This document shows, one piece after another, positions 13,223 through 25,166 of a stretch of DNA of 64,000 nt (its first letter is position 1; each line of letters opens with the position of its first letter). Source of the stretch: Chlorokybus atmophyticus (lineage: Eukaryota > Plantae > Mesostigma and Chlorokybus algae); assembly GCA_009103225.1 (NCBI GenBank), contig RHPI01002533.1:1493186-1557185 (forward strand). Direction: 5' to 3'. Under the pieces are notes generated by a model that was not told the origin of the DNA, searched no databases, and worked only from the letters and a program-made list of their open reading frames with translations. Both the position numbers and the translations under genes were made by a program.

Positions 13223-13530
13223 ATCATTTACACCATTTTTTTGCAGAAAGATATGCTATGCGGGGATTGACAGTGCGGTCTGCATTTGAACGATATAAAG
13301 GACATTTTTTAAGCAGCTCGCCGTGCCATTGCAACTTTGCCAAGGCAGACAATGCTCAACTTACCCATGCCGCACACCAAATAATGCGGAGTATCACCAC
13401 TGGAATCAGTGCCGCTAAAGTTGCCAAAAACAATTGCGTCGTGGCCTCACCGCGCTTCACAGAAGGAGTTGTATTTGGCTGTGGACACAGCGGCTACGTA
13501 CTGCCACACGACAAGGCTATATATATAACG
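13223..13530 (+). pseudogene. Frameshifted GIY-YIG endonuclease remnant (PLE-derived)
   Basis: Across frameshifts: IIYTIF...YAGLTVRSAFERYKGH...QIMRS...KE...WTQRLRTATRQGY(IY)N, which gives the GIY/YIG, R-x3-H, E-x2-W and GYN motifs. It parallels 17407-17702. Confidence 0.65.
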
Positions 13531-16194
13531 TGGAGCCTCCACGCTACTATTAAGATGCTCACGGCATGGGCATTTCAACGGTTATTATTGTTGTGTTTTT
13601 GTACTGATTTCATAAGAGTTTTATCATTTTCAATTTGTCTCTAATATATTATTTTTGGGTGTGGTATCCTGTTATTTATGCCTTCAATACAGCGATATAC
13701 GAATTGGTTCGTATTACTCTTGACAGCTACGCCATAACTGCATTTGAAACCACGAGTTTATGCACATCGTTATTTGTTGCAATTACTGGTTTTAATTCTT
13801 CTTCTTCTGTACCTGTTAATATGTAAATCGTTTGTGTGATTATGAATTTGAACGGTATTACGGTATTACGGTATGTGAGCTAGCTTAACTGGTGTTGCCT
13901 AGGCTAGTGTTGCGCAACAAGCTACAGCCGACAGCAAGGCAACTCGCCCTTATTGCGGTTGCTAAAGAACACTAAACAAGACCTCAGAGATGGCTTCGTG
14001 TGCTTTTGGATGAGGTTGATGGGAGCCATCTTCATCCTTAATAATGCATTGGCGCTTGTCGTTACGACGAACATGACGAAATAGTCGTTGAGGAGACGAC
14101 TTTAACTCAATGCATATTATACGGTTAGCTGTAGAGTAAGGGTAAGTGTTTCATCTTTTAGACAGTTCGATCAGATAGCTGTCAATCAGATGGCCACAGT
14201 AATATATATAACAGGCTTCGGGTCTTCACAATAATGTAGACAAGCTTGGTTGTCGTATTAACAAGTTCGATACGTCTGTCAAATCCTACATTGACGCTTG
14301 GAATCCTTCTTTGGAGGCACGCTATCAAAGCAGCATGGCGCAGCAAGCCAGCAATAGCAAATCGTCTTCATTAAGCAGTTTTAAGAATGCACTTGGCCCA
14401 AGTCGCAAGCGAGTCGCACACGTGTGTAAGCAACCCATGTCTCGCAAACCTTTTTGTGTAATGAGTGAAACCCCACGGTATCCCAATATCAACCTATGCA
14501 GCGATATCACTGCATTAAAGCACGATCAAGGAGTTTTACAGTTTGTGCATCCACTTTGTTTGCTTTGTCTCGTCAAAGCAGGTGTTTCACGAGGTTACTG
14601 AAATCGACGAAAATCAAGCCAAACTGCTTTAGTAGAGCCACCGAAGCACAGACGGCGATGGTGCCTTAAATCAAAGGCTGACTTGCTGAAACCTCGAGAT
14701 AGTCTTAAGACCATTAAAGCATCACCACATCGCCGCAATGCAATTAAAGTTTTTCTCTCTATTGTCCTCCTTGCCACTTTAATGACCGCAGCAATTACTT
14801 TATCAATGTCCCCAAGTCCCTAAGGACGTTTTCAACTTGTTTTTGCATTGCTTAAGCCACACACACATACACACACACTGTTGCATTACTGAGGTTGAGC
14901 TTCCGAAGAGTGAGGCCTTTTTGACACCGTGTTACTAATCCCCAGGTGGACGTTCATGAAGTCTTGCAGCTTCTCTTGCGCCTCTCGTGCATATGCAATG
15001 AATCTGCAACAATTTGTCAAGGTTCAGATGGGGGCTACCACCCTAATATTAATAAATTCTCTTGGGAAGTGCAAAAGATCGCCGGTATGTTATGGCAATG
15101 GATTACATGAGCAAACAATTGCCTAGTTAACACAAGTGCGCCTTTATTCCACATGCATGAGGCAATTGGGTTAAGTGAAACACCACAACAAACTGACTTG
15201 GTTTGTTGTGAGGCTCAACTGTGAGGCTCAACATGCAATTTAACCCACACAAGCACATCATGAGTCAATTACAATTTGTCAATACTACACACATATGATA
15301 ATTCTTGACTTTACTTAACATGTATGAGTAATGATGTCGCATCGCTGTTGGACACAATTACGTGGACTTTTGCTATTAAGCTGTGTGGACCAAGTCACCA
15401 CATGCATGTGCATGCACTTTGGAGGACTTTACCCGACCACGCTTGTATACGTACAATTTGTCATGTGTGTTGTGACGGGGGAGGGGGGGGGGGCATAAAA
15501 GAAATGGTGATTCATTTTCATAGCTACATACATCTTGGATCTTACCATTAATGTGGCTTTGCGTAGAACCGTCTTACGCCTTTGATATTTGGCACACCGA
15601 GTTTAATTTGCATGTACTTCACCTGTTACCAGACCACGTGACAGCATGGTGGATGAATAATGTCTGCAGTAAGGCTAGTGAATTACACAATACTGCATGT
15701 AGATTGTGTCACTCAAGCATGTACATATTCTGGTAGTTGTACCATATGGTATACAATAGCACACATATTATGTCGGACATCTCACTCAAACCACATGTAA
15801 ACTCACTCATACACAAGCATAGGCACAAACACACCATCAAGGCGCATTAAAGCATGCAAACCTACGACCTTAAAATCAAGGGGGTTGGGTCTATATGCAT
15901 TGTGTTAATGTTGGTGGTTCATGCTAGTTTATTCTTATATGCTTAGTGTTTGCACATGTAAGCACGTGAGTACGACCTTGGATGACTACGATGTATACCC
16001 TATGCAATGCACATGCAATAGTTAGGGACAAGCAATATAGAAGGCTGTAGCAGTGTGCAACATTAGTAGTTGCATGCTGATATCATGGTTTCAACAGTCC
16101 ATGTTAAATTTATTTCACGTCATCAACGAGAAAATCGTTTGGTTACTACTATGCTTGCACGCTTTAAATCCATTGCATACAATAGCACAATACA

Positions 16195-16663
16195 CATATG
16201 AGTCAGTGCGTTGGCCATGCTTGCAGTCATACACATGATTTGCATGTCTAAACAGATGACTAAGACCTTCGCTAACAGAAATGTTCGTAGGCACATGTAA
16301 AGTGCCTGCAGCCATTGTTCTTGTGTTGTCGCAAAGATATGAGGGAGCGAAGGGGATTGGCGGCGTGGGGGTCCAGTCTGTCAGCGTCGTCAGCATTGTT
16401 TGCGTTGCTGTCATCGTGGCCTCGTGCTCTTGACCTAACGCATCAACCTCTGCTGTGCAGGTGGTGCACCCTTGCTCCCACTTCCGCGTCCCCTACTAAT
16501 TGCTGCTGTGTGCTTGTATTTATGCATTGGTGGTAGTGTAAGTTGAAAGTGCAACTAAGTAGGCCCTAGCGTTGGTCTGAGCCCCTCCAAATCTCTGTTG
16601 CTAATACATTGCCGTGTGTGTGTGGCTTGCTGGCACAAGCATGCTCTCTATCATTCTATTGCT
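16195..16663 (+). repeat. 5' pseudo-LTR of PLE (repeat family copy 2)
   Basis: Colinear with 20128-20629 from catatgagtca to ctctatcatt.tattgct. Confidence 0.9.
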
Positions 16664-17089
16664 GTACATTATATAACCATAAATCCTAGTCGAGTAACGG
16701 CTCCGCCTGTTGTGGGGGCCTTGATCCCATTGCTTAGGGTTGCCCAAGGCAGGTCATTGGGGTGGTGCACCTTGCACATCGCATCTGCATACTGTGTGTG
16801 CTGTTTGTGTTTGAGGTTGCATTGTAATAGTTGCACGGGCCTAAAACAGAGCTGTAGTAGCTGTGTGTTGACGACCTAGCTGTTGTGTGAGTGTGTGGTA
16901 TGAGTGTGAGGTGCCCGCCATGGCTTAAGACTGGATGCAGCACAAGCGGCGCATTCTATAAGTGCACGCCTACTGGTCCTTACCAATCCCCAAAAGAATA
17001 TGTACAAAGTGTATGTTGCACTTGCTGTCAGCCGAGTTGTTTAACCCTCGCTCTAATACGCATGTATACCAAGCACATGTGCGTGCAAT

Positions 17090-17335
17090 GGCGGCGGGGC
17101 CCAATCACTTCGTCCTGTCACAGTCGTCGTCGTCATCGTCGCTGCTGTTGCTGTGGATGTGGATGGACATGGCCTGACGCTCCTCTCCCGCCTGCTGTGC
17201 AAGTGGTGATGACCTTTGCTCCTCGTCGCACTCCTTCCCCGTACCCCACCCTGCCCCGTAGTTGTTTATAGTCCTGCTTAAGGTCTTCAGGTCTTAGAGT
17301 CTGGCGCTGCTTTGAGCCCCCCAAATCTCTTACTA
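17090..17335 (+). repeat. PLE terminal-repeat family copy 3, immediately upstream of GIY-YIG
   Basis: ggcggcggggcccaa...gtcgtcgtc...ggacatggcctgac...ctgctgtgcaag...gcgctgctttgagccccccaaatct; closest to the reverse copy at 61547-61772. Confidence 0.8.
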
Positions 17336-20127
17336 TGCTTAATGTGACCGTGATGTTGGACTTGACTTCTTGATTGCGCCAGTGTGCATGGCTGTGTTGC
17401 AACTATTTGCTTTATGTAATACATGTATCAGACCGCAGGCCATAACAAGTTATATGTGGGATCAACTGCTAAAACCGCCTTTGAGCGTTGGACGTCACAT
17501 ACTGAACATGTAACTGGTGCACGTGCGTACGCCACTGGAGAAGGCCATGCTTGCGCGGGGTATTAATGGATGGGGCATCACACCGGTTGAGCGGATGCCA
17601 ATAGCGCCATACAACTCTGACACGGCATGGCGCAAAGCTGCCAGAAAGAGAGAGCGCTACTCGATTCAAGTGTTCCGCACCACCCATTCCCGTGGGTACA
17701 ACCAAGAACCCAAAGGTTTTGTGCATTCAGTTTTCGCTCACAAGCGTGCACGCGTCGCTGTGCTGCACGGAGCACGCTCTCAAGCGATTGCGACAGTGCA
17801 CGCGCCTGCAGAGCATGGACGTATGCATGCCTACAGAGATGACATGCGGAGGTTACAATATTTGCAGTATTGTGTGCAGCATGGCACCTTGAAGTATGCT
17901 ATGTTGCATGATTACAACAAACGCAATCTGTCCAAGATGATTAATTTGCTATTGAGATCGCAGCCGCAAAAACTAGGTCTGGACGCTCAGAAAGCTAGAG
18001 CGCTGACATCAACCTGAAGAAAGCCACTGTGCACCTCCCCACCATGCGCAGAACATCAACGGCCACCCCTAAACTTGTGTGATTCATTGTACCTTTTCTC
18101 AATGCGGTTGCTGACATGCTCAGTTTGCCAGGATGTATCGCGGCAGCTGCACCGCACCTGCCAAAACACTTGCGCCAGACCTTTGTTCCGCCCATCATCC
18201 ACTGGCGGTACAAAAATATGGTGGGACAAGCTATCTGCAACAGGTCGGCAGTAGCAACAGCCATGACGCTGTCACACCAGAATGCTATGCTGGATGCACT
18301 GTGCATATGCTTTGCGGCTCACTTAGCACCATACGCGCACCCACAGTTGCTGCATGGTGTGACTTGCAAGTTTACTGTGATTCAGTCTGCGACTTTGTCG
18401 CAGTTGCTAACTGCAGGTACCAACTATGGGCCACCGGCTTCTACTTGTGTCAATGCGTACCTCAGATCCCTGTTGCAAGGGGTGTGGGATTCTACTAACG
18501 ACATGGACTGCAAACACGCGCAGCATGGACTCTTCAACGCCTGGGCCTCTTCTCTGACATCTCAACTCATGACTACGGCTAACACACTGGCTGACTTCCC
18601 AGCACGCACGGCCCCCGTGCTGATGAACTTGGATCGCCAGCCTGTGAGGGAATTGCATGATGAGTTTGTCTTTACAGAGGTGAATTAATGTAGTGGGGTC
18701 TTTGCAGTCGTGTGTAAGTGGTACTACCTGTCTCTGTTCAGAGCAAAACTTGACACCAACACTTACATCATTGTGGAAGAGAGCGGAACGGATATCTTGC
18801 AACGTTATGCCATGTTTACTTCTCAGAGTTGTTGCAGGCAGGTGGCGGGAGGGGCTGACAAGCTACCACACTTGTACATGACCATCTAGCTCCACAAGCA
18901 ACCCCCAAAGCCACGTTTTATTGCCGCTGCGTGTGATGCACTCACTAAATGTGTGGTTGACACGTGCGTACAAATCCGTGATGCCCATGTTTGAGTTGTT
19001 GTGGTCCGAGAGTGTGCAGGAGCAGGGGTACACAAAAGCTGCGTGCTCAAGGATTTCATGGGGGTCCAGGACATCGTGCATCATTGTAACACGACAAGGT
19101 TGCAGCAAGATAAGCAACAGTTTATGATGCTTATCTTGCTTCGCACTTTTGACTTTACCACTTTGGATACCAACATCCAGCACGCACAGTTGGTTAACGG
19201 CATGCAAGAGTTGGTGGCAGAGCTGTTTGAGTGTGCTAGACGTCACCACCGTGTCGATACTTTGTATGTCACCTACCACAATGGTGAAACAACTCACGTA
19301 TGGGGATGTGGACAGAACAGGGCACCTCCACTCGAGGGCCAAATCAAGTGGTTCACAAGAGACACTTTGCACGAGTTGTTGTCGTACTTAGTGGCTAACC
19401 TATATGTACAGACTGCAGCTGATGGGCTACATCGCCAAACCATAGGGATACCTATGGGGAATAATGCGGGGGTGTACCTCGCAAACTATCACCTCGGGTA
19501 CTTTGAGTTGAAGTTTGTAAGCAGGTTGAGAGCAGCTGGCAACATGCCTGTGCTCAAAGTGATGGCAACACAAGTGGTGAAATTTGTGGATGATCTGCTT
19601 GTGGCTGGGGTGCTAGACTTGGAGTCATTCATGTATCAGTCGCAAGGTGCTGTGGGTGGAGGTATCCACAACACATCCCCACGCAGGCAGAGTCTCCTGC
19701 TGGCACATCCGTACCTTTCTTGGACATACCACTAGTTCAACCTCAAGATGTGGGCTTGTGCACCCGCATCTACAGCAAACTAACTCTGCCACAGTTTACA
19801 GGCATCCCCCGTAGACGTGCACCTCACCCGCAAAGTGACATTGCCAAGTCAGCCAAGCATGGCGTGGTCATCTCACATTGCATACGCTTTTTGCGCTTAT
19901 CAACTTACCGTGCACATCATGCATGACATGGTGATGCTCTTGCGGCAGATGGTGGCTAAAGGGTATGACAAACGTCCTTTGCTAGATGTGTTGTGCAGAT
20001 GGATGGGGAGGCAACGAGGTGTGGTGTATGGGGTATCCTATGCACACTTGTACCACTTACTACACCAACAAATGGAGTACAGGTAAGATGCAGGTGAGTG
20101 GGATGCGGGGAGCAGATTTCCTGCCCG

Positions 20128-20629
20128 CATATGAGTCAAAGCGTTGGCCATGCTTGCAGTCATACACATGCTATGCGTTGTACTGCATGTTAGCATCTCT
20201 GTTGCAAGTTATGCTATGCACATCTAACCAGCTTACGCTAACGGAAATGTCGTAGGCACAGGCAGAATGCTTGCAGACATTGTTCTTGTGTTGTCACAGA
20301 GAGACATGAAGGAGCGAAAGGAACTGGCGGGGTGGGTTCCCGGTCTATCGCGTTATCAGCGTTGTGTGCGCTGCTGTCATCGTGATCTCCTGCTCCAGAC
20401 GTAACGCATCAGCCTCTGCTACAAGTTGCATCCTTGCTCCCATTTCCGCGTTCCCTACTAATTGCTGCTGTGTGCTTATATTAATGTGTTGGTGGTAATG
20501 TGAGTTGGCAGTCTGAGCAGTTTAAGGGTCCTAGCGCTAGTCTGGGGCCCCCCCAGATCTCCATTGCTAATACACTGCCGTGTTTGTGTGGCTTGCTGGC
20601 ACAAGCATGCTCTCTATCATTATATTGCT
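20128..20629 (+). repeat. 3' pseudo-LTR of PLE (repeat family copy 4)
   Basis: Colinear with 16195-16663, with an extra block near 20170-20220. Confidence 0.9.
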
Positions 20630-20936
20630 TCATAACAGCTCATTGGATTTGCGCACACTAGCATACAAGCGCACACCAACACCGTGGCAAACACCCCGAC
20701 ACAGAGCTAGTAAATATATACAGTAAATACACAGCGAAACATGTCTGTGCAGAACAAACCTACAAAGCAGTATGTCAGCATATACTATGACTAGTACTGA
20801 TTGCATTGTAGTGACAATGTAGCCATTGGAGACTCTGCCATCATACACATCAACTCACTAGATTAGTGCCCGACAACTCACAAGCTAACACAATATCTGC
20901 ACAATAACCAACATAGTGAAGGTTACCCTTCAGAAG

Positions 20937-23933
20937 CTAGGTCAACATGTTGTGAACAGCCCATACCACTGCCGACACGAAGCCACCCACTGCAAATATA
21001 AGGGCACTTCTGTTTGCCATCATCTTGGAGTAAAGACTCTTCCAGTTCACATCCGGCAAAGCTTCTCGCATTGCTCTGATTGGATGGCGCGTTGGATCCT
21101 CACTCAGCTGCACATACACAGCATTGGTAAGCAATCGAGCAGCAACAGCAGTACTTGCCATTCATTGGCAATGCTTGTCAAACAGCAGCAATACTTACCG
21201 ACACCTTCTGGAAAAGCACAGACAGCACCAAAGATACTATGACGGCCGATATTGATAGCGGCAAGTTGGGAGCTCTGGCCAAACTCAGCAGAATGTTGCT
21301 GGCACCAAGAAAGCTGATGACAATAGTCATGGTGTCCAGCTTGCGTTGTTGAGCAGATGCGGACAGACCCTGCAGGGGACAACATTGAGTACATAGCATC
21401 GCCGATGTCAGTTTGCATGACCCCAACATTGTGCGCCGCTTACCGAGTAGTAGCCTGCCAGATCTGCCACATGTCCACTCAACGCATCCTTCAGTGCATC
21501 TGCACCGAGTAGATCCTTCCATGTTTGAAACAGTTCCTGCGCGGATTGGCTCTCTGACACCGGATCCACCACCCGCAACTTGAACCTCAAAAGACTGCCC
21601 TCTATGCGCTGCACACAATAGGGTCAGGTGAGATGCCGAATGCATATTCCAGGCGCCTGCTGTTGCTCCCGCACTCTTTGATGACAGCTCGGATGTTGTT
21701 GTTGCTGTGCGGAGTCACCAGCTGTTCCAAGTTACCTTTAACTCATCCGCAAGTTCCTGTTGCTCCTGGAGGGAGTTATCCCCTGTGCGGCTGATGATCG
21801 AGCGCACCCGATTCAGCCGGCCCTGCAAAAGTACATGTTGGAACTCCATGTTTGTAGCACCTTGTAGCACTGCTAGTAATCAGAGCATGGCCCTTGTGCG
21901 CAACACCTGCAGGTATGTCTTCTGGTACAACAACACTGGTGCCAGCTGCAATGGCATTGCACTCGGCCCTGCCATAAAGTCCTCTTCTTCATCACTCTGT
22001 GATGCCAAGTCCAGGTCTGTGGTATAGTGGTGCACAGTCTGGCCTGACTCGGCTTTGGACTTGGAACTGGACTTTGAACTCTTGGCTGCTGGAGAGCACA
22101 CAGATTGAGCAAGCAAGCACAATTGGCCATGAGCGTACTAGCATCAGGCTATCCAGACGAACTGCTTACATTCTTCAGCTGGAGGAAATTGTATAGCAGC
22201 TCCACCATCGCTGTTGACACCAATCCAGAGCCCACCTGTGCAAAAGCAAGTGCACGAGTCAAAGGCTTAGCATACAAGCAGCAAGCACACAGGAGGCACA
22301 ACCGTGTATGCGGTGCTTCCTCACACCTTGATCTGTAGACCAACGCAGGTAGCAGTTTTGAGAGTCGAACTTGTCAAGCGTCTGCTCATTCAAGTTGAGG
22401 TCTGCTTTCTTTGTAAAATGCGACAGTGCATACAGCGCTGTGCGCATCTGCTTTTTGTCCCAGGGGCCAAGCTCGACTTTGACGTCCTCATGTGTTGCAC
22501 CGTTGTTGTCTGCACTGCTCCCATTCCTGTCGTCTTTGCTGCTGGTGCTTGCAACTGGTGTGTCATCTGAACCATGCCATGCATGGTCTCACATGACTGC
22601 TTGCTTCGTTCATGCAATGGATGCATGACTACGAACCTGCACAGCAGCATACTTACCCTGAGCTGCTTCTGTGGCAGTGGGATCAGGAGCTGCTGTGGCT
22701 CGTACAAAGATGAAAAGCTTAGACGCCTTGTCCACGGGAAACCATCCACGACTCCTGCCTGTGCATTGTTCGCTGATTAACTGTGCCATAAGCTCTTGCG
22801 GGCGAATTGGAATCTGCCAGCAGAAAGCGCATTGTTAGCGGGTGGTGGTCAAGCACAAGTATAGTACAGCAGAGAAGATACCCAGCCAGTAGCACAGCTT
22901 CTTATCATCCTCTAACAACCAGCAGTCCATGCCACACAAGCTACTCAGGCCACATTCTGCAACACCAACCTGCGCATCTGCTCCTGCATGCATCTCCTCA
23001 TTGTCATGCAAGGCCCGCAGCACATTGAGAAGAGACTGGAGTGGCTTGGGCTCTCCTTTCTTTCCGCCGCACACGGCAAATGAAGCTATACCGACCTGCA
23101 TCATTGCGCACAGGAATTTTGTTTCGAGCAAGTCACTATGTGACATGCAGAAAGTGTTTGTGCAAGGACCTGATGGCACAGTGTAACATCACTATGTAAC
23201 ATGCAAAGATCTGGTGCCATTCACATTTGATTCGAAGAAGTCCACCGCTGCGGCCTCAACCCGACCAACTGCATCCTCCTTGCCAGGCACCCTCACTTCA
23301 ACCGGCCACTTGGCACTTGGCACTCCCCTCTTGCGAAGGGCAAGTGGCACACTGTTTGCTTCACCCTGCGAAAGTGCAACGGTACAAGTATGCAACAGTT
23401 GAGCAAATGTATGGCATACATACAGACAACAGGCAATGAGCTTATGAAACACACCGACTAGTACACGCCTGAGTTACGTAGACCAGTCACACGACTCATC
23501 ATACAGTGGCTCACCCTGTACAGATGGCTGTCCAAAAACACCTGTGCACGGCACCTGTGTCAATAGTGCCCAAGCATATACAAGTATTGACCAATGCTGT
23601 AGGCTAGTAATGTTCATGTCTATCGCTGGACAAGCTGTTACAACTGACCTTGAAGTAGTACTTCTCGCGCAGTGCTGTCTGCATGGCTTTGGATGCACGC
23701 GGAGCAGGTCCCGAGTACGAGAATGGGTAATACACTCGAGCTTCGTATTGTTCGGTGTATGGAGGAGGCAAATTGCGGTGAGTTTCCTTCTTTGCGTCAT
23801 CGTTAGTGACTTGGCCGTTCTTGGTCTCCTCATCTTTGGCTTTGTCAGTGCTAAACAGTCTGAGCGTAGCAGTTGTGACGCACTGCCTGTTGACAGCCTT
23901 GGGCCTGTTGAGTGCGATGTATGCGCTTCTCAT
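20937..23933 (-). CDS. Hypothetical multi-exon protein, probable mitochondrial presequence and C-terminal membrane anchor
   Basis: MRSAYIALNRPKAVNRQCVTTATLRLFSTDKAK... at 23933, a chain of open exons bounded by GT-AG, and last exon ending RSALIFAVGGFVSAVVWAVHNMLT*. No family recognised. Upstream exons to ~24740 may be UTR or extra coding. Confidence 0.55.
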
Positions 23934-25166
23934 TGGACGTAAGCCTGAGATCAACAGATACGCACGCAGTTACTCTCATGTAGCTCCGCAAGTCAACACA
24001 ACTTGTGATTAGACCAATGTTGAAGCTATTGCATGGGAACGCTGAGTCCTAAGACATGACCGTTTCCTGTGCAATACCAGCTGCTTGCTAGGTGGCATGC
24101 ACACGGCTGTGCATGCCAGCTAGCAACTACACACAATCGCACCACTAAAACATCAACATGTTTGAGCACAAACAACAGCGTCAAGCATGCACACTCCCCG
24201 GCAGACGTCAACTCAAGCACACGCTCACGGCCCTCAGCCAGAATTGACGCTCACCTGGCGCCTTATGGTCGGTGCTCACGGCGGCGAGCGTGAGCGTCCC
24301 CGCCCCGCCGCCGCCCACGCTGACGCTGACGCCTCTCAACATGTGTGCTTCCTCACTGAACTGCTCAGCTGACCAGCAGTCTGGCGCAAAACTAACAGTC
24401 ACACAGCAGCTACTTCCAGTTGGTCAAGCAAGCAAGCAGACGAGTGAGGAGGCCAAAGTTCCAGCAACAACGCTAGCAGCTTACGCACAACCTGCTGCTT
24501 TCTGCGTACAAATAGAGCTCCAAGTAAGCAAGTTAGCAGTACGCAAGCATGCTGATCGCCTGCTGCTGGAAGATCTCCTCTGCATGCAGCATCGATTGAA
24601 CACGCGCTTTGGCGCTTACGTGGCGGCGCCGGCGACGTCGGCGGCGCTGCTGCTGGCAGTGAAGCTGGCGGCGGATTGGGCAGGGGATGGCGTGGAAAGC
24701 TGCCAGGCTGCTGGTGCCGGCCCCCGCCGCCGACATCCCTCGGCTGGAGCTCCGCGACGTGCTGGCGCTGGGCTTGGCCGGCCCCGGCACGGCGGCTCAG
24801 GAGGATGGTAAAGTGGAGGACGGTGACGGGCGCATACGCACACACGGTTAGTGGCTTTTGACCAATTCTGTCATGGAGGTCACAGTGGGTTGTTGCCCGA
24901 CGCTTTCAATAGACTGTGGAAGTATGTTCGCCTTCAACAAGCTGAGCGCTGGATACTTTCGTCAATGGGTTGTTATTGAATTGTATCTACTAGCAGCTGT
25001 TCTTATGTATTTGCACAATTGTGCTGCATGCTTCTGACGAACTGGTCAGAGTAAGCCGTCGGTGGTAAGCGTACACTCAGCTCGTGGTCACACACCGGCC
25101 TGCTGCAAGCTCACTGACTGTGCTGGAGCCAATTGAGATATGCATGCTGTAATCCATTCCTGAGTA

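Larger units (their letters stand above)
16195..20629 (+). mobile_element. Near-full-length decayed Penelope-like retroelement, N-terminal GIY-YIG + RT (Naiad/Chlamys-type), with direct terminal repeats
   Basis: GIY-YIG LLYVIH...LYVGSTAKTAFERW..H...RERYSIQVFRTTHSRGYN (~17407-17702); linker VPFLNAVADMLSLP...PPIIHWRY...ICN; RT motifs VCKWYY, LPHLYMTI*LHKQPPKPRFIAA, TFDFTTL, QTIGIPMG...LAN, KFVDD; thumb HPQS...GVVISHCIRF...KGY. Several stops and frameshifts. Direct repeats 16195-16663 and 20128-20629. Confidence 0.92.

Noticed and set aside
16555-16590. Pistol ribozyme resemblance (CCCTAGCGTTGGT vs pistol CCCUAAGCGUUGAU; CGTTAAA at ~45965)
   Set aside because: No upstream P1 hairpin with a TAGGG pseudoknot loop, and the two motifs never occur in the right order in one copy.
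16195-16663. Hammerhead ribozyme expected in PLE pseudo-LTR
   Set aside because: No CTGANGA...GAAA core with stems conserved between the two repeats on either strand by eye; decay cannot be excluded.
18080-18082. In-frame TGA in PLE ORF as selenocysteine (as in some Naiads)
   Set aside because: The same ORF also has TAA, TAG and frameshifts; simple decay is enough and I saw no SECIS.
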